Under the pieces are notes generated by a model. The model had not been told where the DNA came from. It made no database searches and worked only from the letters and a program-made list of their open reading frames with translations. A stretch of DNA of 64,000 nucleotides from Raja brachyura (taxonomy: Eukaryota), in contig OY740795.1 in assembly GCA_963514005.1 (NCBI GenBank), positions 434,001 to 498,000 on the forward strand, read 5' to 3'. Shown here piece by piece: positions 14,360 through 28,483 of the stretch (positions are counted from its first letter, which is position 1; every line of letters begins with the position of its first letter). The position numbers and the translations under genes are program-made.

Positions 14360-14815
14360 ATAGACCATAGGCGCAGGAGTAGGCCATTCGGCCCTTTGGG
14401 CCACCATCGCCATTCAATGTGATCATGGCTGATCATCCCCAATCAGTACCCTGTTCCTGCCTTCTCCCCATATCCCCTGACTCCGCTATTTTTAAGAGCC
14501 CTATCAAGCCCTCTCTTAAAAGCATCCAGGGAACCCGCCTCCACCGCCCTCTGAGGCAGAGAATTCCGCAGACTCGCTACTCTCTGTGTGAAAACTTGTT
14601 TCCGCATCTCCATCTAAACGGCTTACCCCTTATTCTTGAACAGTGGCCTTAGTTCTGGACTCCCCCAACATCGGGAACATGTTTCCAGCTTCTAGCGTGT
14701 CCAAGCCCTCAGTAATGTTATATGTTTGAATAAGTTACTCTCATACTTCTAAATTACAGTGTATACAAGCCCAGTCTCTCCTTTCTTTCAACATATGTCA
14801 GTCCAGCCATCCCGC
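14360..14815 (-). mobile_element. CR1 3' fragment
   Basis: 3' UTR hallmark ggtaggccattcggccc...atcatggctgatcatcc followed by degenerate ORF2 C-terminus. Confidence 0.8.
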
Positions 14816-15054
14816 TTAGAACCGACCGTTGGGAACATCAAATTTCTGACAGTCTACTCAATCGACGCCTATCATAAACTAATGTAAACTAACTAAACTA
14901 GCACGCTGTAATCATTGGTGACCAGTAGCAAAGCCATTAGTGAATGTCTTTGCCAATTCAGCAAAATGGACACATTTAATAAGAACAGCGTGTTTTAGAG
15001 CCGCAGTTGCTCATTTACCGGAATGGTGTCTGGATTCGCGGTACAGGGAGAGAT

Positions 15055-16030
15055 AGAAACATAGAAACATAGAAAATAGGTGCAGGAGTAGGCCATTCGG
15101 CCCTTCATGCATGCACCGCCATTCAATATGATCACGGCTGATCATCCAACTCGGTATCCTGTTCCTACCTTCTCTCCATACCCCCTGATCCCTTTAGCCA
15201 CAAGGGCCACATCTAACTGAAAGGTTGGGTGAGTAGGCAGGTGCATGGCAGATGCACTTTAATGTGGATAAATGTGAGGTTATCCACTGGTAGCAAAAAC
15301 AGGAAGGCAGATTATTATCTAATTGGTGTCAAGTTGGGCAAAGTACAACGGGACCTGGGGGTCCTTATTCATTAATCAATGAAAGTAAGCATTTAGGTAC
15401 GGCATGCAGTGAAGAAAGCGAGTGGCATTATGGCCTTCATAACAAGAGAAGTTGGGTATAGGAGCAAGGAGGTCATTTTGCAGTTGTATAGGGCTCTAGT
15501 GGGACCATACATGGAGGATTAACCATACAACCATATAACCATATAACAATTACAGCACGGAAACAGGCCACCTCGGCCCTTCAAGTCCGTGCCGAACAAC
15601 TTTTTTCCCTTAGTCCCACCTGCCTGCACTCATACCATAACCCTCCATACCCTTTTCATCCATCTGAGCTGCTGATTGTGAGCTGTTTTGGTCCCCTAAT
15701 TTGAGGAAGGACATTCTTGCTATTCAGGGAGTGCAGTGTAAATTTGCAAGGTTAGTTCCCTGGATGGCGGGACAGTCATATGCTGAGACAATGGAGCGGC
15801 TGGGCTTGTATACTCTAGAGTTTAGAAGGATGAAAAGGAATCGCATTGAAACATATCAGATTATTAAGACGGGCTTGAGGCGTTTTCCCGATGTTGAGAA
15901 TCAGGGGCCACAGTTTAAGAATAAGAGGTAAGCAATTTAGAACGGAGACGAGGAAACACTTTTATACACAGAGAGTTGTGAGTCTGTGGAATTACCTGCC
16001 TCAAGAGGGCGGCGGAAGCTGGTTCCCTGG
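15055..16030. mobile_element. Nested CR1 fragments in both orientations
   Basis: tagaaaca and aaccatat tails; peptides RKDILAIQGVQ and RLGLYTLEFRRM. Confidence 0.8.
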
Positions 16031-17100
16031 ATACTGTTCGAGGAATTTAGTTCAGCATTCAACACAAATATTCCTCAGCACCTGATAAGCAAACTCGTTC
16101 CATTGGGCCTCAGCACCCCCATGTGTAACTGGCTACTGGACTTCCTCACTGACAGACCCCAGTCAGTGAGGGTTGGAAATAACACCACTAACATCATCTC
16201 TCTGAGCACCGGCTCCCCTCAGGGCTGTGTCCTGAGTCCACAGCTGTTTACCCTGATGACCCAAGACTGTTGTGCTAGGTTTAGCACAAACCACATCATG
16301 AAGTACGTAGATGACACCACAGTGGTGGGCCGCATCCGGGACGACAATGAGCTGGCTTACAGGGAGGAGGTGAAACAACTGGTGGACTGGTGCAACCTGA
16401 TCCTGAATGTCAAAAAAACAAAGGAGGTCCAACACCACTTCACATCAATGACAGCGATGTGGAGGTGGTCAGCAGCACTAAGTTCCTGGGGGTGCAGATC
16501 ACTAATAGTCTGACCTGGTCAAATAACATCTCATCAACAGTTAAGAGAGCGCAGCAGCGGTTGCACTTTCTGCGCCGGATGGGAAGAGCTCACCTCCCCA
16601 TCCCATCCTCTCTACTTTCTACAGGGGCACCATAGAGAGTATTTTGACCAGCTGTATCTCTGTCTGGTTTGTGGACTGTAAAACCTCCGACTGGAAGTCC
16701 GTGCAGAGAGTGGTGGGAACAGCGGAAAAAAGCATCGGGACTTCTCTGCACTCAATCGGGGATATTGCGACCAAACGTTACGTGTCTAAGGCCAGCAGTA
16801 TTATAAAATACCCCACACATCTCCATGACGCACTGTTCACTCACTGAAAGTTATCGAAGCATAAGGAGCAGAATATCAAGGTTCTGAAACAGCTTCTCCT
16901 CACGAGCCACCACACTCCTGAATGCCATGTAATGGGCTGCCACCATTGTCTATTTTATCCTTTGATCCTTTCATCCACTTTTTTTTCCATTTACCCTTCT
17001 GTTAATTATGGTGTTGCACAGGGAGCCAGATGCAACGGAATTTAGTTTGGAATTGCATATATCGATGTATTTCTAAATGACAATAAAGTTTGTTTAAGTC
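16030..17100 (+). mobile_element. Rex1/Babar-like non-LTR retrotransposon, 3' part (RT), frameshifted
   Basis: [52 protein letters not shown] and KRAQQRLHFLRR. Confidence 0.82.
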
Positions 17101-17271
17101 GACTTTAACTTAGACTTTACTTTCAAGACACAGCTAGATAGGGCTCATAAAGATAGCGGAGTCCGGAGATATGGGGAGAAGGCGGGGACGGGGCACTGAT
17201 TGGGGATGATCTGCCGTGATCACATTGACTTGCGGTGCTGGCTCGAAGGGCCAAATGGGCTACTCCTGCAT

Positions 17272-18188
17272 CTATTGTCTATTGTCACGTTTTCTCGACT
17301 TTATTAATGTTACAGTTCGGGTGATGGGGTATTTTAGTACAGGGAGTAGCTGCTCTCTGAACCTCTTCTGGGTCACGGTGTAAATGAACGTGTTTGAACA
17401 GGTATTCAACAATTGCAGCATAATTCCAGTTTGTTCAAATACTACAAATGGGTTCTTCAACCCCTTGTACTTAAATCCAATTGCAATTCGATAGAAAATG
17501 AAATATGCAACAGTTGTGCCCCAGAGCAGCATAAAGCTGCTGGAGATTGCAAGGAGTAAAATTACGGACCGTCTGCGGTTTGCAATCTCGGGATCCTCAC
17601 TACTGAGATCGCGGAGTTTTCTGCGAACTCGACTGGCCACTAAAATGCATCTGATAGTGAGCACGTTCATCAGCATAATCAAACAAAACGGAATGACGGG
17701 GATTAGCAGCTGTTGAGTCCAGGAAAATGCTATCCACGAGGGTAGGATATAAAAGTGATATGCTATTTGGCAGCCCCACAGTGTACCCTGCTTATACCTG
17801 TGGTGATAAGTGTACGCGAAAGGCCAGGGTGCGTTCTGTAAACAGAATAACGCAGACAGGGTCACAATAACCACCAGCGCGGTTCTCTCGGTACAGTATC
17901 TGGTTCTCAGATTCTGAGTGGAAATGGCCACAAAGCGATCAAATGTGAAAGCGACCGTGAGCCAAACAGAAGAGGCTACGGCCGCGGGAGCGAGGAACAT
18001 GATTAACCTGCACACAGTATTGTGTAATAAGAATGTTTCCCAACAGTAAAGGTCGGCAATCCGATGTAATATTACTTCGCAGAGGATCACTGAGAGGTCA
18101 GCCGTCGCCATGGCCACCAGGTAGCGAGTGGTGCATTTTGAGAGGCCACAATTTCTGCGGGACAGGATCACAATCGCCAACACGTTCA
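17272..18188 (-). CDS. GPR139-like class A GPCR, exon 2 (end of TM1 to C-terminus)
   Basis: Acceptor ttttcccccag at 18189-18199. Open frame with VNVLAIVIL, YLVAMATADL, SVWLTVAFTFDRFVAI, IPVIPF and NTCSNTFIYTVTQKRFREQL, which match the chondrichthyan-expanded 'probable GPR139' family. Confidence 0.88.
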
Positions 18189-19511
18189 CTGGGGGAAAAG
18201 AGGAAACTGACGTTACATGGATTGTCACCCAGCCGCCTTTGATGAACCGCAGACTGCATATTGCAGCAGCAGTTCCGCATCAGACGCCATCGTCCTGGAT
18301 CTAAACTCTCCTGTGGAACAGCCAGGCAGCAAGGAGTCGAACGTTAGATTCCCATTTATCCGCTGGAGCACTTGCCTTGAACGCTACACCCATCCGAACC
18401 CGTTGATAAACTCCCGAGCCTTGCGATCCGCACACCACCTTGCGAGTGAATACTCGACTTTCAAATGAACATACCATAATCAGTGAGAATTAGTGATAAC
18501 ACCCCATCCACGATAATTATCTACAACGGTGCCAAATAAAGATGTCTGCTCCGTCCCCGACTACACCCTCAACACTCACGACCCCGCGACCAAATTCGGC
18601 TGTAACTGCCCCCACAAGTTGCCAGATAATAACAATCTCAACGTCAGTGTCAGCAAGACGAAGGAGATAGTATCGATGTCAGGAAAAGCGGTGGGTCACC
18701 GGTCACTGTCAATGATGCTGAAGTGGAAGTGGTTGAGGACTCCAAGTTCATCGCAGTTAAAATCTCATTAATATCCAGACCAACACCTTTACTAAGAAGA
18801 CTGAAGAACTCTGACCTGCCTCTAATGACTCAAACATTCTGCTACGGATTAGCATTGAAAGGATACTGTTGTATATATCACAACGTCTTGTGGGTATATC
18901 TCTGTCCTATAAACAATACATTGCAGATATTTCTGGATGAAGCTGTGTCCATATCACGATGTTGACTCCGCACTGTTGACTACAGTTGCACTTCACGATG
19001 CCTTCGAAACGGAGGCGACATGTTCAAAGACATGTCTCACCCGCTCATTCCTTCTGCTTCCTGCTCCCGTCGGTCAGAAGATACTGAAGGCTGAAATTTC
19101 GCACCACCAGACTCCCGAAGTGCTTCCTCCCCTCTTTTGTCAGGCTTCTGAGCCGCTTTTCCATATGCCAGGGTGTTGCCGATTCACCTCTCTCCCCGTG
19201 CGGACTTTGGACTTTATGCGCTATACTTTGGGGGTTATTGCTTGCAAACTTTGCTTTTTTTGCAGCTCTCAGGGCGACATGACAACAATGCACTTAAACC
19301 TGAATCTGAAGAGAATCAACCTGTACCAGATCCAATGAACTACCAACGATCAAGTAAATTAAAATTTTCTGATTAATTCCACCGTAACCTGAAGGATGCA
19401 GTCGAGCATTCCCGTTTATCGCACACTATTTTCACTTTACCTTCACCATTTTCTTTAACAACACAGCATCCTACATCTCAGTCCCACAAAAAAAGTGTTC
19501 CCTTTACCTAC

Positions 19512-19581
19512 CGGGTACTCCAATTGCTGCTAGAATTGGATAATAATAATATTCAACTTCCAAGTGCCAATTCCAACTCAT
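19512..19581 (-). CDS. GPR139-like GPCR, exon 1 (MSWNWHLEVEYYYYPILAAIGVP-); spliced product 328 aa
   Basis: ATG at 19581, 70 nt, then a gtaggt donor. The phase-1 join restores the family TM1 motif YPILAAIGVP-VNVLAIVIL. This exon is absent from the ORF track. Confidence 0.85.
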
Positions 19582-19939
19582 TTTCCCGTCAAGCCGTTCC
19601 CAGTTATGCAGTGCCAAATTTACAGAAGTCAAAGTGAGAAGTCAAACCGTGCTATATTTATATTCCTAGAAAAACTGAAGGATAGCATGCGTTCACCTCC
19701 CCGCGGATACCCATTGTGAACCGTTCCACAAACAGTTTGCTCCCAAGTGATGCAAAGCGATCAAACTCATTATGCGAATACTCCCTGCTCAGGCACCAGC
19801 TGAGCATCAACAGAACAAAGGAATGGAAAATACGACTGCACAATCTGTTTTTAAATTTAAACGTGTGCCACGAAGATGCAGCAAAATACATGTCATATAG
19901 CATTTATCCATTCATGCTGCGATGCAATACAGTACACAA

Positions 19940-20350
19940 TTTGTAGCATTTGTAATGCATTTCACCCACACCGTTTAATTCACTTAACATGTATCCATTA
20001 ATAATATGATCCTGGATTTCCCGTGGAGCTCATTTTTAAAAGAAAAGAGAATCATTCTTTGGCAGCGATCTAAATTATGTAAATCACAGGGAACCTTCTA
20101 GACGACATCGTACACAATTCAGCTTCAATTGCAGCATTCATATCTTTCAACTGTTGGCATTTCATGAAGTAAAGGATAAGCAAATATTATGTGTAACGTG
20201 ACAACTGACCAGAAATGAATATCGGCAAACAGTTTTCTTGATCAACAAGTTATCTTGAAAGAAATGTGTTAATTCGTAAATCAGATAGATGAACAGCGTT
20301 TGATGTTATTCCAGATATAAGGGCGAATTCATCTCAATGCATTTATCACT
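19940..20350 (+). repeat. Non-coding block upstream of the GPCR gene, duplicated at about 22330-22770
   Basis: Colinear matches catgctgcgatg, aattcactt, tctaaattatgtaa, tgaccagaaat and tgatgttattc. Confidence 0.7.
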
Positions 20351-21659
20351 TGGAAATATCAAGAATGTTGATGTTCAAGACCAGAACCGATTGACTCGGT
20401 TAAGGAGAGTCTGACCGGCGGTACGTGTTTGCGGATGGTTCATTCTGAAGAAAGTCTTGACCTAAGAAAGACGTTTGCTGCACTCAAAGTAAGCAATTCA
20501 CAGAAAAAAACACTTCATAGAGCAGTACAGCACAGAATGAGAGATATTATTGTTCAAAAATAATTATTAAGTATCCATTTAAACTAGAGAGTATGCAACT
20601 CTCCTGACATGAATGCTACTAATATTGGACAGTGTGAATTGTGAGATGGACCGGATAACGCAGAAGCATTTTCCCTCTGCAGCGAACAAAAACATGAGGA
20701 GTTATGGTGGGCTAAAATGTGACAAGGTGATCAGTTGAGGTATTGTATTTGGTTCATCGGACAGGTCTCTAAAAGAGGGCACTTCTAAAATGTGAAGGTA
20801 AATATTTAAAGGGACGCAGTGCCAACTCATCTTCACAGAAGGGGCAGGTATATTGAACGAAATCTCACTGTAAGTGGTAGTTGCATGTTACACAGCACGG
20901 AAAGAGGGCCATTTCTCCATCTTGTTCATGAGCAATCTGGTTTTAACCAATTCGAATCTATTTGAATGTGGATGGTAGGATATTGTTCCGTCAGTCAACT
21001 TGATGTGTGAGCTTATTTCACTGCAACAGTAGCACTCGGTTAGGTATAAGTGGAGTTCAACCATCTGGTATAGAACGTTGGCGAGACTGCACGTGCAATA
21101 TTGTCCAGATCGCAATATGTTAGCATTGATACCATTAATCTCTGGAGTGGCAGAGTCTTACTGACAAATATTTTGTTATTACTGGAGACGTTCAATTCCT
21201 AGACAGGCTGTATAGGTCAGGATATTTAATCTCTCTGGAGCGAAAGATGTTGTGAGTTGACATTTCAAGTTTTGAACGTTATCACGAGAGACAACATAAT
21301 CAAGACAGGCGTCGATATGCCGAATTGTCTCCAAATGAAGAGGAAGAGAGAATTATAAATGATGAAGACTCGGATGTTAATTCCAGAAACTTGCGCCTTG
21401 CACAAGCGGAAGGTGACTTGTTGTTCTTCGATCTTGGGAAAGAGTTCTAGTGTCATACAGCGTGAAAAGTAGCCCTCCGGCCCAACCTGCCCACGGTGAG
21501 CGAAGTACCCCATCTGCACAACCGACCTTCCGACGATTAGCCCATATTCCTCTTGACATATCTTATTAATGTACTTGTCGCAATAATTCTTAAATGTTGC
21601 AACAGTATCTGCCTCAACTATATCCTCCGGCAGCATGCTCCATACACAGGTAGTGTAGA

Positions 21660-22325
21660 GAAAGCTGGGACTTTACATAAGTACTTTGATTTGGTGGGAG
21701 TGTGGGCAGATAAGTGGCAGATGGAATATTGAGTAGCAAAATTTGGAGTCATGCATTTTGGTAGGAGGAATAAAGGAGTAGACTATTTCAAAAATGAGGA
21801 GAGAATCCAGAAATCGAAGGTGCAAAAGGGACTTGAGAGTGCTAGTGTAGGATTCCAAAACCAGGTAATTTACAAATCGAATTGGTAGCAGGAAAGGCAA
21901 ACGCAATGCTAGCATTTATTTAAATAGGGTAAGAATACAAAAACAGGTATGTAATACTGAGGCACTATAAGGCGCTGGTCAGGTCGAGTTTTGAGTACTG
22001 AGAGCAATTGTGGGTACCATATCTGAGGAAGGATGCGCCAGCTCCAGATAGCGTCCAGAGGACGAATACAACAACGATTCCAGGAATGAGTCGGTTAAAA
22101 TATGATGAGCGTTTGACGACACCGAGCCTTCACTCGCTGGAGTTTGGAAGCATCATGGGGGACCAAATTGAAACATACCGGATAGTGAAAGGTTTGCATA
22201 GAATGGACGTGGAGAGGATGATTCCTCTAAGGGGGAGTCCGCGACGGAGGAGTATAATGGCGGAGTATACGTGATGGGCCTAGTGGCCTAATTCTGCACC
22301 TATCATTTATGACCTTGTGACCACT
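21660..22325 (+). mobile_element. Old degraded CR1 fragment
   Basis: WVPYLRKD, LHSLEF and DVERMIPL remnants. Confidence 0.7.
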
Positions 22326-22964
22326 TATCAACACATGCTGCGATGTAATATTGTATTTATTACCTTTCTACTGGTCTTCCCACACACTGTTGAATTCACT
22401 TGATATGTACCCAGTAATAATTTATTCCTCGATTTCGCTGGGGGCTCCTCTTCAAAATAAACGAGAATGGTTCCTGTGCAGCGGTCTAAATTATGTAATT
22501 CACATCGACCTTTCTAGTTGGGAGTGAATACAATTGGATACAGCAGCGGCAATAATATATTTCACCTGTTGGCAGTTCATGAAGAATAGGATTAGAAAAT
22601 ATAATTTATAACGTGCCAAATGACCAGAAATAAATATCAGCAAGGAATTTCCTTGATCAAATAATGATATTTTGAGCGATGTTTTTATCAATAAAACAGA
22701 CAGGGGGGGCCGCATGTGATGTTATTCAAGATATTAGGGCGAAATAATCGGAATGCATTGATAACGCATTGATGTGGAATGACTTGGCTAACCTCACATG
22801 AATTAAGTGGCTAACCTCACATTTACTCACGTTAAATTACTTCTGCCTTGCATCTGCCCACTCGCCCAACGTGTCGAAGTCATTCTCATTGAATCCTCCT
22901 CACTGTTCACACTGCCACCTAGCCTTTTATCATCTGTAAATTTGCTAATGTTACTTGTGACCTC

Positions 22965-25258
22965 TCACGTGGGAGGTAAAATTGTGTAAATAATGTAAAC
23001 AGTATTGAATGTATGTTTAGCCTCCGAGAATTGCGGATGAAGTTTTGTAAGGATCATGTATTGTGCATATTTATTTCTCCAATAAAGTATATTTTGAAAT
23101 ACAAAAACTTGACTACCATGATTGTTTCCACAATTCACAATAATCGCAGTTGTTTTCCCATAATCGAGGTCTGTGAAGGCGAAACTATTTCCAGGTAAAG
23201 ACCCAGTCAAATGTTGCGATTTCTCAATTCATGGCTGCTCCTCCCCAGCTGCCCAGATATCCACGCCACTCCGTGTGCAAGTGAGCGAGGCTGCATTTGA
23301 ATTATCTTCCAATCTCCAATAGTTTGTTTACATGACGGACAATATGTTGTATAGTTAGCATATTCGAAAATATGATTTGTGGGCCATTGGTTGCTAATAT
23401 TTTCTTTGACTTTGGAGATATATTTTAAATGTGAATATCAATATTAATTTGACTGAAACCCCTGGCTGCCTGAACCTGTCAGGATTATGATACTGTTAGC
23501 CGTTGGGCGCAATAATGTTCATGCATTTTGCACAAGTATATCATTTTAAATATTAGTTAGCTGATAACTGTTCACGTGGTAGCGGTGACGCTAAAACTAC
23601 ACAGAGTGAACGGTGAGCAATTGAACAGTGCGCCCTTCTCTCATGATAAATAGATGGCCAAACATACGGTGCGCAGTCCAATAGTGTTTCCACTGGAGAC
23701 ATAATAATACCGCCATATTCCCTGACCACGAACCGAATCCAGGCAGCAACGGTCTGTGCGCAGAATGCTGATCACGAGACCACTCGATATGCTGCTGCAA
23801 CTTAAGGAAATTCCAAACCTATTTTGCCGGCCAGCTGTGGTTAAAGTTCAACAATCATCGAGCTGGACTCTTTATCAAAACAATTCACACATTTTGTCGG
23901 CACAATGGCGCAGTAGCTGCTTCAAAGCTTCAGAGACCCGGGATCAATCTTGTAATCGGGTGATGTCTGAGAGTAATTTTCCCGTCTCGCTGTGACCGTG
24001 TCGGTATCGTCCAGGTGCTCTGATTTCCTCCCGTATCCCAAATACGTGTGATCTTTTAGGTTAATTTGCCTCTGTAAACATGCACCAAGTGTGTAAGGAA
24101 TAGATGGAAAAGTGGAATAACATGGAACGAAAGTGATCGGGTCATCGATGGTCGGCGTGGACTCGGTGGGATGAGATCCGCAGGAATGAATTTCATGTGC
24201 CGAAACATGGGAGACGAAGGGGAGTGGAACTGAAAACATTGATTGAAAATGGCTCCTTGCACATCCTTCTGGCTTTGTTTGTAATTTACTTCATATGGAA
24301 ATCACATGCATTTCTCAATGAAAATATCAAAACATCGTAATTTTCTCGACACGGCCGAAGTGACTGCACAACTGTCCACTGTATGTCGTCTTTGGACGGA
24401 TGACTTTAATACCGTGGCGATTTTTTAGAATCATTGCATAAAAGAGTCTTAAAGCGTGAAAACACACCTTTCCACCCACATTGCCCACACTGAACAACAT
24501 GTTCCATCTACATTAGTCCTACCTGCATGCGTTCCGCCCATATCCCTCAACATCTGTTCTACCCATGTACACATGCCAACGTTCTTCTTAAACTTTGCGG
24601 TTGTGGCTGCTTTAACTACTACCTACGGCAGCTCGTTCTATACGCCAGGCCCCCTTTATACGAAAAAGTCACCCTTCAGGTCTCTATTAAATCTTCCTCC
24701 CCACTCAACTTAAATCTAAGTTATCTGTCTCTCGATCCCCCTGATCTGGCCAAGAGGCTCTGGTGAGTTTACCCGATCTATTCCATTTGTGAATATGTAC
24801 ATTATTATTGTTTCGTTTAACAATCTCAGAATTCGCACCTTCACTACCGGATACCAGAACAAGTATGCCTTCCTAAATCACGGTTTATTCAAGCGGATGA
24901 TACCACTCTCGCGGGAAAAGCTGGATTCCGGCTACGTGTATTTCAATTGGCTGAGACCGCGCTGCGCACTCACATCTCTGACTCCATCACTGGGGGCACA
25001 GGGCAGTGACAGAGAACATCCAGAGACCAGCAGACGCTCCTTGACTGAGAACGCGCTCCAGTTTGTGTCTCTTCAAATTTGGAACTCAGCTAGTATAGAG
25101 TGAACGCGTAAAATGAATTTTCCCGTCATCTTTGTTGGGTGGGGATCGTATCTGACAGGTAATTCTGGATCAATATTTTCAGTTCCCCTCGCCTTTCTCA
25201 GTCACGTTTTGAGAAGTGCAATCTCATGACAATCCGGTGTCTGTTACCATCTCAATAT
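22965..25258 (+). repeat. Duplication copy B (V upstream region, leader and partial intron)
   Basis: Colinear with 1660-3812. Confidence 0.9.
25113..25258 (+). pseudogene. TCR V pseudogene: orphan leader exon (25113-25158, MNFPVIFVGWGSYLT-) with truncated intron and no V exon or RSS
   Basis: Paralog of the leaders at 3664 and 39852 with the same gtaattctggat donor. Homology stops at ctcaatata, about 13 nt before the acceptor, where a CR1 tail begins. Confidence 0.85.
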
Positions 25259-26030
25259 AGAAACATAGAAACATAGAAACATAGGTGCAGGAATAGGCCA
25301 TTCGGCCCTTCGAGCCTGCACCGCCATTCAATGTGATCATGGCTGATCATCCAACTCAGTACCCCGTACCTGCCTTCTCTCCAATCCCACTGATCCATTT
25401 AGCCACAAGTGCAACATCTAACGCCCTCTTAAATATAGCCAATGAACTGGCCTCAACTACCTTCTGTGGCAGAGAATTCCAGAGACTCACCACTCTCTGT
25501 GTAAAGAATGTTTTCCTCATTTCGGTCCTAAAGGAATTCCCCCTTATCCTTAGACTGTGACCCCCTTGTTCTGGACTCCCCCAGCATCGGGAACAATCTT
25601 CCAGCATCTAGCTTGTCCAACCCCTTAAGAATTGTGTAAGTTTCTATAAGATCCCCCCTCAATCTTCTAAATTCCAGCGAGTACAAGCCGAGTCTATCAA
25701 ATCTTTCCTCATATGAAAGTCCTGACATCCCAGGAATCAGTCTGGTGAATCTTCTCTGTATCCCCTCCATCGCAAGGATGTCTTTCCTCAGATTTGGAGA
25801 CCAAAACTGTACGCAATACTCCAGGTGTGGCCTCACCAAAACCCTGTACAACTGCAGTAGAACCTCCCTGCTCCTATACTCAAATCCTTTCGCTATGAAT
25901 GCTAACATACCATTTGCTTTCTTCACTGCCTGCTGCACCTGCATGCCTACTTTCAATGACTGGTGTACCATGACACCCAGGTCTCGTTGCATCTCCCCCT
26001 TTCCTAATCTGCCACCATTCAGATAATAAT
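25259..26030 (-). mobile_element. CR1 3' fragment
   Basis: (tagaaaca)n tail; ORF 25528-25992 ([28 protein letters not shown]). Confidence 0.9.
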
Positions 26031-26035
26031 GGGAT

Positions 26036-28483
26036 ACGCGTGGGTTTCTTCTGGGTTATCTGGTTAACCATCACATTCCCGAGATGTGCGAGTTAGTTGA
26101 TTAATTGGCCACGGAAAAATTGCTCTTACCATGTAGGAAGCAGAAAAGAATGCGGAGTAAGGGAGAACCAGCGTGAATGGGTGATGAATGGGTCGGGGTG
26201 GACTCGGTCGTCCCAAATACCTATTTCCACGTTTTACCTCGGAACTGAATACCTAACGCCGGTTATCTACAATTAGTTCCATGTTCAAAGATGTATCCGG
26301 TGAGAATTCACTGTGGACTCTAAACCACAATACATCAGGTCAGGAAATGTGGTGAACGTACACAGCGCATCATGACATAATGTACGTTGACTGAGCATGT
26401 GATAGAGTGCGTGGACACCTCCCGTTTGTACGCGGGTATAACACAGATGAACCGTGATGCGCCTATCAGATCGTGTTCTGGACTCGCAAATGGTTTCATC
26501 AGATGGTCACCAGAGTGCCCCACGTGACGCAGTCGCGGCGATCTGTTGAAATCGGGGCTTGTGATAATAAATAGGCAATTTGGAACTTAAGAACACATTC
26601 CTGGCCTTGAAATAATGTCGTGGTACTTATCACTAAAATACACGTGACAGTGTAGGAATGTCATGTTTATAATGGCCATGTGATAGGGTTGGGGTCTATG
26701 ATGCACTGAAACTGTTAGGGAGCGAACTGCAGATGCAAAGAGATTCTGGATCGGTTTGAAAGGGTGCCTGTTCCGATTTATTCCGAACAGCTCTGTCGCA
26801 GAGGACTACATGATTTACGGACTGTTCACAGGGTCGCATTCAGAGGCCGACATGCGAATGCTGCTGGAAGGTCATCAACTCGGTGAAAGACACTCTTTGG
26901 TGTGCCTGAGCTTTTTAAAAAAAAATCTTTTTATTGTTTTTTTCCCCCAAAACCCCCAAAATAAAACATAAAACACAGAGCAACAAGAATAATGATAAAC
27001 AAAACAATTATTTTGATACAGAGGGATCAGGATTGCATTAATAACAGATATAACCTGATATGAGACCAGTGTCAAAATACACTTTGAATATAGACATCCC
27101 GGTCTCTATATAAATATAGTTAAATCTTTAAAAGAAACCTTATAAATGTGGACAAAAAAACTGAAATAAAAAGACAAAAACACAAGGAAAAAAGAAAAAA
27201 AAAAAAAACCCCTGTACTAAAAAAAACCAACAAATTAATAAGAATAAAATAAGAATAAAAATAAAATAAATAAATAAAAACTAAGCAAAGCAAAACAGAT
27301 TCTGAACTAAAAGTTTCAAAAATTTAAGGCTGTTTGTCGTCAAGTCCGTTCCACCCTATAAAGGTAAAATAGTTTTTTTATAACGGTTAAAGAGGGAGCA
27401 ATTTATATTGTATGAAAGTGTTCAATACATTTTCCCCAATTTTATCAAATTTAACCAAGGGTTCAACAATGTCACTCCCAATTTTTTCCAAATTTAAACA
27501 TGATATCGTTTCAGAATACCACTGCAGTGTGGTCGGAGAGTTGGAGTATTTCCATTTAAATAAAATAGATCACCTGGCGATCAATGTGGTAAAATAAATC
27601 GACCGATGGGCGGAGCGGGACAAATGAATAGAGTCTAACATTCGTAGCCCCAAAATTGCAGTAATAGGATGAGGTTGTAAATCAATACCTATGACTACAG
27701 AAATAGTATCAAAAATGTATTTCCAATATTTTTCCGCACGTGGGCAGGACCAAAACATATGGGTCAGTGAGGCCACTTCAGAGTTATATCTGTCACAGGT
27801 AGGATTTGTATGACCATAAAAACGAGCCAACGTATCCTTTGACACAACCCCCCAAAAACAAATCACGAAAAGCTACTAATCCCTTCCTCTTCCATAACAA
27901 AAATAGTTGATCAGTTCTAGAGGCTGGAAGAGAAAATTTGATAAAATAGGACTCGATAAGATAAAATCATTTAGTCCAAAATCTTACGAAACCATATTCG
28001 GAACGTATATCTTATTATTGGGCTAGTCGTATATTTATTCAATCTTGTAATTGTGAAAGGTAACGAGGCCCCGAGAATAGAGGCCAATGATAGCCCTTGT
28101 AAGGAATCACGTTCAATGTGTATCCATCCTGGGTATTGGGTATCTTATAAACCTTTTGTCCAAAATGTCAAATAACGAACATTGACTGCCCAATAGTAAA
28201 ATCTAAGGTTCGGCAATGCCAAACCAACATATCTTTTTGATTTCTGTAAATGTTTTTTACTTAGTCTGGGATTTTTATTCTGCCATATATATGAAGACAT
28301 TTTGGAGTTTATAATGTCGAAAAAAAGATTTGGCAATAAAAACTGGTATCGTTTGAAATAAATACAGAAATTTAGGTAAAATGAACATTTTAATAGCATT
28401 GATTCGGCCAATTAAGGATAAGGACAGTGGTGACCATTTAGTAAACTGATGTCTAATATGGTCAATTAAAGGCATAAAATTGG
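26036..28483 (+). repeat. Duplication copy C, nearly identical to 35405-37850
   Basis: Near-identical sequence and ORFs (e.g. 27570-27866 vs 36936-37232), including the same L1 insertion point. Confidence 0.92.
26915..28483 (-). mobile_element. L1/Tx1-clade LINE 3' fragment (copy 1, truncated by a rearrangement)
   Basis: WSPLSLSLIGRINAIKMFILPKFLYLFQTIP, GLALPNLRFYYWA, and zinc-knuckle remnant CDRY...THMFWSC. Confidence 0.85.

Larger units (their letters stand above)
10040..15057 (+). repeat. Continuation of duplication copy A (10040-11260 and 13755-15057), paralogous to 40640-42285 and 44100-44730
   Basis: Colinear matches such as gattaccttgaatggggcattttgatc, caccactcagtgtcagctgcacaatgtaacatggactaaa and ttagaaccgaccgttgggaa. 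Confidence 0.85.
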
